Origin: Haliotis rubra
Taxonomy: Eukaryota
Length of the DNA stretch: 64,000 nucleotides
Reading direction: 5' to 3'
Assembly (NCBI RefSeq): GCF_003918875.1
Contig: NW_025765956.1
Location: 1 to 64,000, forward strand
A model generated the notes under the pieces. It was not told the origin of the DNA. It ran no database searches and worked only from the letters and a program-made list of their open reading frames with translations. Numbering within the stretch: position 1 is the first letter of the stretch; each line of letters opens with the position of its first letter. A program made the position numbers and the translations under genes. Positions 1-11,226 of the stretch are shown here, in pieces.

Positions 1-54
1 TCCTGTTTGTACCCTGTTCTGGACTCCAGACCTGGTGGAGACCCGGTCATACGA

Positions 55-109
55 TGACGTCACCACACCTACATGACGTCATCCACGACCCTGTGTCTGT
101 CTATATAAA
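55..109 (+). promoter_or_regulatory. CRE/ATF + TATA promoter of Polinton accessory gene
   Basis: TGACGTCA at 55-62 and 74-81, TATATAAA at 102-109, ATG at 162. Confidence 0.6.
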
Positions 110-161
110 GAGGCGTTTCTGTCAAATCATTGCAGATTCTGTTGTCACAAGAAAGAGAAGA

Positions 162-500
162 ATGGAATCGGATTCACTCGCGATAGGCTTAGGAGGAATG
201 CATTGTGATCTTGGTATGCTAAGCTATCAAACGAATTGAAAGCATTGGTGGAGCATGGAAACTGATCGCGTTTGAAGTCCTGATACCATCCTCCTTGAAA
301 GCCAAGTTATCGATATACCTCAGACCTCACTTGACCCGATGTCAGAGAAATTAATGAACATGCTTCCCCGGCTTATGGACCCCAAAACTTACTCCCTCTT
401 CTATAAAGCTTTGGAGGAATGTGTGGAGAAACAGGAAGCCATGACCTTGCTGGAGTCTCAAGACTCCCACGGACAAGGAACTGTCCACAAGTGTCCACTC
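162..500 (+). pseudogene. CARD-like death-fold domain, frameshifted; possibly the N-terminus of the NADAR protein
   Basis: Joined frames read LSNELKALVEH..EVL.TILLESQVID..MSEKLMNMLPRLMDPKTYSLFYKALEEC..MTLL. This resembles the caspase-2/RAIDD-type CARD pattern ([22 protein letters not shown]). Match made by eye only. Confidence 0.5.
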
Positions 501-504
501 CCTG

Positions 505-1038
505 GCTATTCTTCTATGGAATCAGTCACCGTTCAGCAACTTTCATCCAGCTGTGTTTACCTTGGATGGTGTTACATTTAATTGTGTTGAACAGTGTTAC
601 ATGTACTCTAAAGCCATGTACTTTGGAGATGACGACAGTCGCGGCAGCGTATTCTGCGCGAAGGCTGTTCCAGCAAAGCAAAAACGTCTGGGGCTGATGT
701 GTGAAAGGTTTCACTCAAACGGTGTGGGACACGGTCAGTCTGGAAGTGATGACCAAAGCGTCGCGGCTAAATTTTCCCAGAACAAGGACTTGAAACAGAG
801 ATTGATTCAATCCTACCCAAAGTCGTTAGCTGAAGCTAGTCCCTACGATCAACGATGGGGAATAGGAATGGGTGTATCTCGTCCGAATATTGACAAACCC
901 TGGACGTGGTCCGGGGAAAACAAGTTGGGAAAAGCACTCATGCATCTGCGTGACACGCTATTTGTTGTAGTGAGTGGCGTCATCATGCACGAGCCACGTG
1001 ACGTCATCCATGCACGCGTGACGCGCCACGTGACGTGA
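505..1038 (+). CDS. NADAR (YbiA-like) family hydrolase
   Basis: Motifs FFYG..PFSNFHP, F..VEQCYMYSKAMYFGD, AKFSQNKDLKQRL, LAEASPYDQRWGIG, GENKLGKALMHLRD. The N-terminal motif lies in shifted frames just before ORF 553-1038. Confidence 0.9.
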   Translation, partial: AILLWNQSPFSNFHPAVFTLDGVTFNCVEQCYMYSKAMYFGDDDSRGSVFCAKAVPAKQKRLGLMCERFHSNGVGHGQSGSDDQSVAAKFSQNKDLKQRLIQSYPKSLAEASPYDQRWGIGMGVSRPNIDKPWTWSGENKLGKALMHLRDTLFVVVSGVIMHEPRDVIHARVTRHVT

Positions 1039-1269
1039 TCATCCTGTAATATCTCTATAAAAGACTCTGATCCCATCGTGATTCGTCATCATGCTGTTCA
1101 CGCTGCTCTTTATTGCTTGCCACCTATCTCGAAGAGAGACACTTTATAGAACAGTTCAGAAAAGCCGTGCAAAGAGGCCATCCAGAAACAACACGATCGT
1201 GACGCCATTTGGAAGTGACGTCATTTGAAGTGGCGTCATAGCTAGCGCTGTTGGTGTTGCCCTATAAAA
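974..1269 (+). promoter_or_regulatory. Two tandem CRE + TATA promoters
   Basis: TGACGTCA at 999 and 1216 plus variants (TGGCGTCA, TGACGCCA, CACGTGAC). TATAAAA at 1056 and 1263, then TCAGTT initiator-like sites and an ATG at 1320. Confidence 0.55.
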
Positions 1270-1319
1270 CGCAGGATCGATCGAGCGGGTCATCAGTTGC
1301 ATCAGTTCAGTCGTTGCAG

Positions 1320-2596
1320 ATGGCATCTCACGGCAGCCTCCCTTCTTCCTTCGTCAGCGGCTACCGCATGCAAAGGACCTCGCTTCTGACATGGCCCATC
1401 TCACAACACCATGATGACTCAAAGCCAGTTATACAAGACCAACTACATGGATCTCCAGGACCGGCTGCGTGTGATGGAACAAAGTTGCCGTCGATCATCC
1501 GAACGCAAGCTGGCAGATATTCAGCCGAAAGAAACACTGTATGGCATGATGGGTCGCTTCTGTGAGTTGACTGAGGAAGACTATTACTGGATGGCGTATC
1601 ACCAAGACCACTTGCATTATCCTCTCCGGTAAAAGCCAACAACTCTGTTAAGCAGTCCTCATCGGTATCAACGATGCACATGCCAAAGGAAAATGCAGGG
1701 GAGACCTTCCTCAACAAGATGTTCCACATCGTGTTCAAGTTGAGGAATGGACGCCCTATGACCTATGACCATGGTGTGCTGTACAGCAAGCTGCTGGCCA
1801 AACTCCAGGTGAAACTCTGGCCTCACCCACCCAGCTATGATCTTCGATATGCCACCTGTACTCTACCTTTGTTCTCCAATGATCCAGAGGTCACCGACAT
1901 GACGCCCAAGCCCGTGCCTCGAAAAGGAATACCTCCCAAGACCACGCCTGCCAAGACTTCTCCAAAGAAGAAGAAGAAGGTCTCCACCCGCCCCTTCCCA
2001 AGGCACCCACCAAGATGACGTCACCTCCCCAGGGGACCCTGGCCGCGACTTCTCAAAGAAACAGAAAGAAGAAGGAGGAGGCCCCACCAAGAACAGTCAC
2101 CAAGAGACGTCCCCTCCCAAGACTACTCACCAAGAAGGCACCCCAAAGCTTCTAAGAGTCTCAAAGCACCCCAGACTCCAAAGAAACAGTTGGAATGACT
2201 GACTTGTGGGAGAGCGAAGGGTCAAGGGATCAGTCCTGGGGCTATCAGAGGGAGAGTTACCTCCAGATCTGCAAGACTTGTATGATCTACTCCCGATGGC
2301 TATCACCATGGAAGCAGAGCAAACAAAGGGCAGAGCAGAGAAGTGAAGCAGAGGGCTCAGAGACGACTTCAGTGACGGCTCAGAGACGGATCTAGTGATG
2401 ACTTCAGTGACGGCTCCAGAGACGGATCTAGTGATAGCTTCAGTGACGGCTCAGAGACGGATCTGGTGATGGCTTCAGTGACGGCTCCAGAGGAGGAGTC
2501 AGAGACTTTGCCGACATTCCCATGTTTAACGATGAAAACCATTTTCATCCCGGTCAAATGGACTTTTACGGTGTTCGACTTGCAATCCCAATGATC
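1320..2596 (+). pseudogene. Polinton accessory hypothetical protein(s), frameshifted; Pro/Lys-rich middle and repeat-containing C-terminus
   Basis: Consecutive ORFs 1411-1632, 1674-2018 and 2195-2395 downstream of a CRE/TATA promoter, KKKKK NLS-like run, AATAAA at ~2696. Confidence 0.45.
2365..2492. repeat. ~35-bp tandem repeat, ~3.5 copies
   Basis: GACTTCAGTGACGGCTC(C)AGAGACGGATCTAGTGAT repeated. Confidence 0.85.
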
Positions 2597-2865
2597 CACC
2601 TGAACTGGTGGTGATCTGTGGATGACCTGTTGTTGTTGATCTGTTAATGCATCATTATTATTGTTGATCTGTTTGCCATGTTGATGTTGTTCCTCAATAA
2701 ATTGTGAATTCCATTTTTCAAAGGTTTGTGTCTTCTATATCTTCAGGGATCTTAGCTCTTAGAGGTCATTTCGGTGCAACCCCCGCAGGGTGGTAAGACT
2801 AGTGTGTGTCAGTATGTCAGGGGACACTATCAGGGACAGTGTTAGACTCAGACCTGGTGGAGGCC

Positions 2866-3576
2866 ATGAGTCACCCCACTCACGTTACGTCATCCCTTTA
2901 CCATGTTAATTGCAGGCCCTACAGGGTCCAGGTAAAACATCGTTTGTCAAAAGCCTTCATGGAACATGTGTGTTTCAACCGGGGATCCTAGATCTTCCAC
3001 CTCAGGGCATCGTGTGGGTGTACAGTGAATGGCAACCCATGCATGAGGACTTGGAAGTTCTGACTTCGAGGTTAGGGATACCCTGACGTTTATTGCAGAA
3101 CCATGGGGGAAGACCAACCGCAGTTACCTGCAGGGTCTGGGGCTAAGACCGAGAAGAGGGTTTTGCCCTACGCCCCATTGGTTGATCATTGATGATTTGC
3201 TGGGCGACAATACCAAAGAGGAAGAAGCCGAAGTTCTGCGATGGTTTACCAGAAAAGTCATCATCGCCTAACCGTCCGTGTTGTACTTGACGTATAAAAC
3301 CTCTTTGCTTCATAGCCTCATCATCGCACCATTAGTTTAAATGCCCACTACATGGTGCTGTTTAAAACCCGAGGGACGCCTCGCAAATGGATCACTTGGC
3401 CAGACAAATCTTTCCAGGACAGACGGCCTTCCTTCGGGAAGCCTATGGAGGATGCCACTTTGGCTCCTTATTCCCTATTTGTTTCTGGACTTGAAACCGA
3501 CCACGGCCAAAGAGCACCGTTGTCACGGTCCCATCTCTTTCGTAACCCACCATCCTTTACATTCCCAAAGTCGTGA
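2866..3576 (+). pseudogene. Polinton FtsK/A32-like DNA packaging ATPase (frameshifted as assembled)
   Basis: Joined frames: HPFTMLIAGPTG(S)GKT (Walker A), LIIDDLL (Walker B), FTRKSHH, RTISLNAHYMVLFK, LARQIFPG. Confidence 0.9.
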
Positions 3577-4085
3577 TAAATAGAGATGAGGCGTCTACCC
3601 TGCGGCCAGTTGACCCAGAGCTGCCATGGGAGACAGCGGAAACAGACCCAGCCCATAAGCGTGCTGTTGCCACAGGGTTGTTTAAACCGATCCATAAAAC
3701 ACTCTTGACCACCTTGGGTCGTGATCCCACCGAACAACATCGGTCAGGTGTGCGGTTGTACGAAGTCACTAAGTGCTCCTCCTCTCCTCTGCTTACCTCC
3801 TCCTCCAAACAAAAGACGTTCCTTAAAGCAGTTGTACCCACAGCACCCACCATGAACACGTTTGTCCCTGTCGAGGTACGTATCGTGCCTCTCCTGCTGC
3901 CTTCTCTCCCCTTCTTCTTTTCCGGCCTCTCCCCTTCATTTCCATCGTCTCCCTCTCTCCCACCATGATCCAGCCCTTTCAGCCCTTGACCCAGTACCAC
4001 CAGCACCAAAGGCACCATCAAAGAAAGCGTCACGGGTGCTAAACGCTTCCAGCCGGGCACCTTACACAAGGAAGCCACAGAAAGC

Positions 4086-4727
4086 ATGCCCGCCCGCAGA
4101 AAAGTCAAACCCATCATCATTGAAAGCGACTCCCTTCGGCAGAAGGCGTGGCTGTCAAAGGGCGTCATCGACTGTTGCAATGGTTTGTCATTGCCATTTG
4201 AGAAATCTGCGAGCAGGACGTGTTCCTTTGAAGAGCGCAGCACAAGACCCTGGCTGTTGAGACACCAAGACATGCTGACCAAGATTGCGAATCCGCGACT
4301 ACCTTTGGATGAACGCCTGAGTTACCTGATGAAGCGCCAGTGGAAGTGGTACGTTGGCTGGTGTGTTGACCCGTATCTTGTTGAACTGGCAGTCCTACCT
4401 ACAGGAAAACAGCAGAAGCCCTCAGCACCTCGCCGTCGCCGCCGTGCCCCTAAGCAACCCCCAGGGCGTCGCCAAGTCACCCACCGACAAGAGAACAAAG
4501 AAGAAGAAGAAGAAAGAGGTCACTTCACCCTCAGCCCCAGGTGCAGCCTTGACCCGGATGGTGTTACTGAGAAGTCAAAGAAAAGAAGAAGACCACAACG
4601 GCGGCGTACCCCCACTCCCTCCAGCGACATTACCACCATAAATGAGGCCTCCCACCCCATCCTGGTCAGTTCAGTGGTAGCAGCTGCAGGGACGACACCA
4701 TCATCATCATCATGTCGGCACGTTTGA
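4086..4727 (+). CDS. Polinton hypothetical basic protein (213 aa)
   Basis: Open 213-aa ORF with Arg/Lys-rich C-terminus. The segment LLRHQDMLTKIANPRLPLDER weakly resembles the next gene. Confidence 0.4.
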   Translation: MPARRKVKPIIIESDSLRQKAWLSKGVIDCCNGLSLPFEKSASRTCSFEERSTRPWLLRHQDMLTKIANPRLPLDERLSYLMKRQWKWYVGWCVDPYLVELAVLPTGKQQKPSAPRRRRRAPKQPPGRRQVTHRQENKEEEEERGHFTLSPRCSLDPDGVTEKSKKRRRPQRRRTPTPSSDITTINEASHPILVSSVVAAAGTTPSSSSCRHV

Positions 4728-5048
4728 AGCGTCACAAAAAGCTCTGTCATGTGTGTAGTCCTTCTGCGACACCAGCCATGCGACAGGCTATTTTGAAACA
4801 GGCCCCATCGGAACTGATTCAAGCCATCTGTGAATGCGTGGTGAATTTGTATGGAGGCAACATTCCTATGACAGCACAGCAACGTCAACGTTTACAAAGC
4901 ATGGGTCACTGATGCATACGTTGATGAAAAGAAGGTGTCTGTGTCCAAAGCACGTCAGCTTTTACAGCAGAAAGGAAGGGGGATTAGGTCTCTTGTCTGC
5001 CTTGGCATCGGTGGTGGGTCCTTGGTGTCTGGCCTGTTGGGTAGATGA
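4712..5048 (+). pseudogene. Conserved Maverick small virion protein (pVI/membrane-active-like), frameshifted
   Basis: MSARLKRH..RQAILKQAPSELIQAICECVVNLYGGNIPMTAQQRQRL...GGLGLLSALASVVGP matches the conserved Maverick pattern (AIL..A..LI.AICE...N...GNIPLT ... GGFL..L). Confidence 0.75.
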
Positions 5049-5157
5049 TCCTCAAGGAAGATCCTCAAGGAAGATCCTCAAGGAAGATCATAAATAGGGG
5101 ACACATCCTAGATTGACGTTAGTTGCATCTGCACCGTCCTACCACCAAGATGGAAGC

Positions 5158-6093
5158 ATGCCGCGGAAGATGGTGATGGTCCCAGAAGGGTATGGCAAAG
5201 TCTGCAAGAAGAAAAACGTCAGCGACATTTGCTCAAGTCAACCTGTTGGAACAGAAACGATGTGCACCACACTTCACGATATGGATACCCTCGTCCGTGA
5301 TGACACGGTTCCTTTTAGGGACCGAGGCAACAGTATAACACCTTGTTGCAACACACCTTGGCGTTTCAGAGACCAAGCCGCTGTCAAACCACGACCTTTA
5401 GAGGCCACGGGCACCCCAGGGGTTGGCACTCCAGGGTTGGCACACCCAGGACTGGATCTCCTCACCGTAAGTGCGGTTGACTTACTGAGCCGTGTATCTA
5501 CATGTCAGCGTAGAGGTCGCCTTCCTAAGAAGGAGTCCGCGAAGCGATTAAAATAAGCAGTGGCTCATGGTTTGTTGTTCTTTTTGTTTCCAGAATCCGA
5601 TGATGTCGAAGCCATTCTGAATGAAGTCGTGCAAAGCGGTTCCCAAAAGCGCTACAGACCAAAGGCCAGGCAGTTGATGGCCCGTATTCGTGCTCATCCC
5701 GACTTGGGTTGGAATGAGGCGAGTCAATTCGTGGTGGTGGGGAACCCATGCCTGGGGCGCACATGAGGTGGATCTCATCAATGATCTTGTTGACAGCGTA
5801 CCAAATTAGGCCCTCCACGGGGTTGGAATATTCTGGGTCAGTATCTCGCTTCCAGCAACGTACCCCATGAACTGATTGGTAACCCTCTACGTTGGTCCTG
5901 GATGATGAAAACCAAAGGGTCATCCACCCAGCCTCCTCCTGACACCCCCGTGAAGCGTCCACACCCTCCACCCGCTGACTTGTTTTTGACACCCCCTGCA
6001 TCCAACCTTCCTCTGGAACCCCAGAAGAAGAAAAAAGCTGTAGAGACCCCCTCCTCCCCTCTCAACCGGGTGCGTCAGTGGATTCACTTTTAA
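5158..6093 (+). pseudogene. Conserved Maverick protein of unknown function upstream of the integrase, frameshifted
   Basis: MPRKMVMVP start; ILNEV..KRYRPKARQLMARIRAHPDLGWNEASQF..G....DLINDL; NVPHELIGN; ends W(I)HF. This is the pattern of a core Maverick gene. Confidence 0.7.
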
Positions 6094-6132
6094 TAAAAGG
6101 GAGCAGAGGGTGATGTCAACGACAGTGTCACC

Positions 6133-7364
6133 ATGAGACGTCCAAAGAGAAACAACATCAGCAAAGCATCATCATCATCATCGTCTTTGTCACCTGCATG
6201 GACACGATGGCTCCACCACACCTATTACGATCCCAAACACCCAGCAGGCTATGGAGGGTGGCTTGCCTTGTGGCAAGCAGCAGGACATCAAGCCAAAGCA
6301 GGACATCAAGCCAAAGCAGGACCCAGGAAGGGGAAACAAAACAGGGCCAAAGGCCACCAACGCCAGGTGCGGCAATGGTTGAAAACCCAGGACGCGTACA
6401 CCTTGCACAAACCAAGCCCGGCGGCTCGTTTCCCAGGGATCATTACCGTGTGGGTGGCGTGGATGGTGTGGCAAAGCCGATCTGGCGATCTCCTTGCGTA
6501 TCAGAGAACCAAGGCAACGGTATTTGCTGTGTGTCATGATGTTTTCTCCCAAAATGGCTTGGGTGCAACCCATGAAGAAATAAGACCGGTGCCACTTTGA
6601 TAGAGACCTTTCAGCGGATCCTGAAACAAGCCAAGGACGTGTGCCATCCCAGTTACAGACCGACAAAGGGACTGAATTTGTCAATGCCCCTTTTCAAGCC
6701 TTCCTCAAGAAGCGGGGTATTCATTTCTACACCAGTCAAAACCAGAAACCAAAGCCTCTGTGGTGGAACGTTTTCAAGGACGTTGAAAAACCGTATGTGG
6801 CGTTACTTCACCCAACAAAGGGACGCGCCACTACCTGAAGGCCTTACCCCAACTGATGCATTCCTACAATCATGCGTGTCCATCGATGCGATTGGACAAC
6901 GCCCGTGGATGTACGTCCTAGCGCTCCTACGATGAAATTCGAGTGTTGGATCACATGGAACGGCAGAAGAAGCAGAAGCAGCGCCAACTCAAGAAAACAA
7001 AGAAGAAGAAGAAGAAGAAGTACCCTCTCTTGTTACCCGGGACCCGTGTCCGTTTGAACAAGACCAAGGGTACGTTTGACAAAGATACCTTCCCAACTGG
7101 ACCACGAACTGTTCACCGTGGATCGGGTGGTGAAAGGACGTGTTCCTCCTGTCTACCAAGTGAAAGATGATGGAGAAGGAAGTGCAAGGCACCTTTTACC
7201 CGCAGAACTGCAACCCATTCAGAAAACGGATGATGTGTACACAGTGGATCCAGGTCCTGAAACGACGACGTCGTCAAAAAAAGGATGAAGTGCTGGTGAG
7301 ATGGTCAGGATACCCTGCCAGCTTTGATTCATGGATCCCTGCGGCTCATCTGGTCTTTAAATAG
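6133..7364 (+). pseudogene. Retroviral-like (rve, DDE) integrase with C-terminal chromodomain, frameshifted
   Basis: YYDPKHPAGYGG, VRQWLKTQDAYTLHKP, LQTDKGTEFVN, VERFSRTLKNRMWRYFT, VRLNKTKGTFDK, ELFTV, GTFYP, and chromodomain VLKRR..EVLVRWSGYPASFDSWIP. Confidence 0.95.
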
Positions 7365-7406
7365 CGTGGCCTCCAGTCTCCCACCGTCAGTGGAGCCTCC
7401 ACCATC

Positions 7407-7730
7407 ATGCAGAGTGAACCGATCTCAAGGTGCAAGGAGAGCGGCAAGCCATCCCCACGCTGGTGTTGCTTTGGCATGGACTTGCCACGAAGTGAAGTGG
7501 TGTTTTTCTCCCAAGTGTTTCTGATATATGGCGTGGTCATCATGAGCATGGTTCAGTTGGCGCATTGGACAACGGTGAGAAACAGTTGTGGACAGCTTTG
7601 TTGGCCAGTAGCTTGGGGTACTTGCTCCCACAACCCACGTTGGTGTCGTCGTCGTCGTCATCATCATCCACGTTGCCACCTTCCTCGGCTACATCTCCAA
7701 CCCCCTCTGTATCCAGTCTGGTTCCCTAAG
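7407..7730 (+). pseudogene. Small two-TM Polinton membrane protein
   Basis: WCCFG..EVVFFSQVFLIYGVVIMSMVQL then (shifted frame) LWTALLASSLGYLLPQP, a motif typical of invertebrate Polintons. Confidence 0.65.
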
Positions 7731-7742
7731 AGAGAGAGAGAG

Positions 7743-8805
7743 ATGTCGGTGTCTGTGTTTTCCAAGCGGGACTTTTACGTGACCTTACCCAGCGATGCGT
7801 CCATGGATGTTCATCCCGACAACAGAGTGAATCATTACGAAGTCAAACTACCCTTTCCCATTCAAGTGAATCGTCAGGAGTGGGAAGTCGGCGTCAGTGA
7901 ACTTCATTTCCCCATGACATGGTACAATGTGTCATACCCTTCAACTGGTTTGTCCTTCATGTGAACTTGGAACGCATGACCCGGACTTACAGTTCAGCAG
8001 AAGCGATCACGACCGTGATAGAAAGGCCAGGCCTCATCAGAGCCGTCAGCGAAAAGGTCATTATTCCAGAAGGAGTGTATTCCTGTAAGCCAACTGGTCC
8101 AGAGACTGAACATCCTGCTTCAACACACCTGTGCACGGCTGTTGGACAAGCAGCACGCAAGATGTTTACCAACAGGATGCCGAGCTCGTTCACCGTCACC
8201 GTGAACTACCCCAAAGACCTCCGATTTGAAATGCGTGGCAAAAAAGCATGTCAACTTTATGCTCTCCCACCCGAAAGACATGTGCAGAGCCATCACGGGT
8301 TCCTCCTGCAGAACCTCAAGTCAACCTGACCACGATGCCATCAGGTCTGCCTACACCACCGATTGGTGTTGCCTGCTCCTTTAGTACGTATGCTGGGATT
8401 CATACAGCTCCCCATGGTGGGCGAAGCAGGAGAAATAAGCCAAGTCTCTGCTCAGCCTGTGCAAGTGGCTGCGTTTGACCGCCCTCTACCGTCGTGGGTG
8501 AACAGGAAGCACACCATCTGGCTGGTTTTGATACCGTGTACGTCTACTCGGATGCAGTGGAAGATCAAATCGTGGGGGATACCATGGCTCCCATACTGAT
8601 GTATGTCCCGTGTGGCGCCAGATGATGGAAGACAGCGTCGTGATCAAAACCCCTCAGCACCTACGCTACATGGGATTGCGTCAGGGGAACCACGGATGCC
8701 ATTCGAATCTATTTAACGGATGACGTAGGACGTCTCGTGCCATTCCAGACTGGGAAGACCATCGTGACACTTCATTTCCGTCCCCGTCGTCTGGGTACGT
8801 ACTGA
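7743..8805 (+). pseudogene. Minor capsid (penton) protein, frameshifted
   Basis: N-terminal FYVTLPSDASMDVHPDN...EWEVGVSELHFPMTWYNV; C-terminal YVYSDAVEDQIVGDTMAPIL...IRIYLTDDVGRLVPFQTGKTIVTLHFR. Confidence 0.9.
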
Positions 8806-8813
8806 GAATCAGC

Positions 8814-9197
8814 ATGGTAGGACATCAGTGTATCAGACTCCGCAGCGGCAGTGGTTTGGGTGGTCAGCAGCGAGGAGGCGGCTTAGCCGTGTACCGAGGA
8901 CGCATTCATCAACGAGGGAGAGGTTTCGGTAACATCTTGGGAAACTTGGGACGTTCAGCGCTCTCCATCCTCAAGACGGTGGGAAAATCCGCTCTCAAAT
9001 CAGGTGTCAAGATGTTGCCGGGATTGGTGCAAGATATCCGTTCAGGACACCGAAGTGTGGGGGACAGTTTGAAACATCATGGAAAACAAGCCTTACTCGC
9101 CACCTTGCGACAGCACCCCCCACCAGGATCACCTGCTCGCAAACGAAAACGGAAACAGTCCGTGGGATCCACCAAGAAACGTAAACCCTTGTTTTGA
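8814..9197 (+). CDS. Basic core protein (adenovirus pVII-like) with protease-cleavage-like sites
   Basis: QQRGGGLAVYRGRIHQRGRGFGNILGNLGRSALSILKTVGKSALKSG..., basic C-terminal tail. Follows the penton gene as in other Mavericks. Confidence 0.8.
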   Translation: MVGHQCIRLRSGSGLGGQQRGGGLAVYRGRIHQRGRGFGNILGNLGRSALSILKTVGKSALKSGVKMLPGLVQDIRSGHRSVGDSLKHHGKQALLATLRQHPPPGSPARKRKRKQSVGSTKKRKPLF

Positions 9198-9247
9198 GAG
9201 AAGGCGTCATTTGGCTTCAAGTCGTTGGACAGTGCAGACGTATCAGC

Positions 9248-9726
9248 ATGAGTGCATTCGATGTCCCCGATACGGAATGGGTGTCTCAAAAGATCAGGCA
9301 CAGAAGTTGTATGTGGATATATCCCCATGGAGACCCTCAGAGGATATTCCTTCTCCTCTGTCATCCTCATGGACACAACCTGGATACAGCTAGAAGAATC
9401 CTACTCACCCCGGGTATGCCAAGTTTTATCAACGTGCGAGGTCGTTTCGAACATGGCCTATACAGATGGCCCAGTGTCCTTATGACATGGCCATGGCTGG
9501 CTATTTCTATCATGGACGAGGTGATAGTGTGATCTGTTATTGTTGCGGCCTGAAAATTCATCGATGGGAAGCCACAGACCAACCCTGGCGAGAACACCTG
9601 AAGCATGCCAAAGTCCCTTGTGAATACTTGTGCCTGTTTTGTCCTGAGGAAGAAATCAATGACAACTACAGACAACTGGTGGCCAAAGGAGAAGAAAGAA
9701 GAATGCAAGAGAGCAACGTGCTTTGA
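9248..9726 (+). CDS. Single-BIR-domain (IAP-like) protein, frameshifted N-terminal part
   Basis: MAMAGYFYHGRGDSVICYCCGLKIHRWEATDQPWREHLKHAKVPCEYL is a canonical BIR core with CxxC...H...C zinc ligands. Confidence 0.9.
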
Positions 9727-9888
9727 ACACAGTACAACACCAGCAACCACCTGTAGTTGTTGGGGTCGAGATGTCCCTGATCAGGCAGCATAAAGGGCCG
9801 TCCAGATGAAAGAGGAGTTCAGTTCAACACCAGGCACCGTAGGGTCAAGACGTGTTGTGCAGACCTGCGGTCCAGATCAGCGGTCAAG

Positions 9889-11224
9889 ATGATGCGCCGA
9901 GATGCCTGTGAATGCTCCAAGGCCCAACTGGATCTCTTTTCTGTGCCCCCTGTGGTGACGTCCGTCCAAGAAGGTCAGTGGATTCGATACAGCCCTCTGG
10001 CACCCCCTTCGGTCGCGGGCCCCCTCCAATTTAACATTGCTAACCCTGTCAATGCCTACATCGATTTGAGCCAGTGTTACCTCCGCATCTGCCTCAAAAT
10101 CAAGAATACAGATGGTACGAATGCAGTTCGTGAGGGCGATCACGCACTCGCCGTGTCCACGGTGAACAACATGATGCATTCCCTCTTTCGTGAAGTGCGT
10201 GTACAAGTGGGACACAACCAACTAGAAATTACTCCTTCCATGGGTACCTATCCCTACCGAGCCTATTTGGAAACGTTGCTGAGTTATGGGAAGGCAGCCA
10301 AAGGGACCCATCTCCAGTGTCCAGGATGGTACACCGATGAAGCTGGAAAAATGGATCACTTTAATGCTGGCCCAGAATGCCAACGCCCGGACTTGTCACA
10401 GCACGACAAGGGGTCATTCTACCCACCCGAGGGCGTGGAACTGACAGGACGTCTCCACTGTGACCTGTTTCTCCAAGACCGGTACCTGGTGGATGGAGTC
10501 CCCATGAAACTAGAACTGATTCGCGGCCAGTGATTTCTACTTGATGAGTGCTGGAGACGTCGAGTGCCGATTTGAACTGACCAAAGCCGAGTTTTCGTGC
10601 GCCAAGTCAACATTGATCCTGCCATGCAGGGAACAACACGCGTGAAACACATGTCACCAGGAGTCACGGCCAAATATCCTTTGACCCGAGTCCAAGTCAC
10701 AGCCCACGACATCTCAGGAGGAGGACGCGATTTCCACAAAGATCAACTGATTGGAGGCCAACTGCCCAAACGAGTGGTGTTGGGATTGGTGGACAATGAT
10801 GCTTTGCCGGCAGCAAGGAGAAAGAACCCCTACCATTTCAAGCACAACAACGTGACCAGTCTCAAGCTGAAACTCAATGGGCAAGAAGTGCATGGCACCG
10901 AAATCCAAAAGCGACTTTCAGGACAACAGTGCCTCGCTCAAACAGTTGTACATGAACCTGTTCCGCAACACGGGACACCTGTGGCAAGAACATCCCTGCA
11001 ACCTCACCCTGGACGAATTCAGGAACGGATTCACCGTGTGGGTGGTGGATCTGACGGCAGATCTGGGTGCAGATGAAGGGTATAACTACCCACCGACAGA
11101 CGGGCAAGTTGGGACTTGAACTTCAGTTTGCAGAACCCTACCACGCCCGTCACGCTCGTCTGCTACGAGGAATACGAAAGCGTTTTGGAAATTGATCGGT
11201 TCCATAGCGGCTCTGATGGTCTAA
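9889..11224 (+). pseudogene. Major capsid protein (double jelly-roll), frameshifted
   Basis: CECSKAQLDLFSVPPVVTSV..YSPL, YIDLS, NNMMHSLF, YPYRAYLETLLSY, LTGRLHCDLFLQDRYL, AKYPLTRV, GQLPKRVVLGLVDN, NPYHFKH, YEEYESVLEID. Confidence 0.95.
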
Positions 11225-11226
11225 GG

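Noticed and set aside
3557-4282. 241-aa minus-strand ORF in the Polinton, and similar antisense ORFs
   Set aside because: Shadow frames of GC-rich plus-strand genes with no motifs or promoter.
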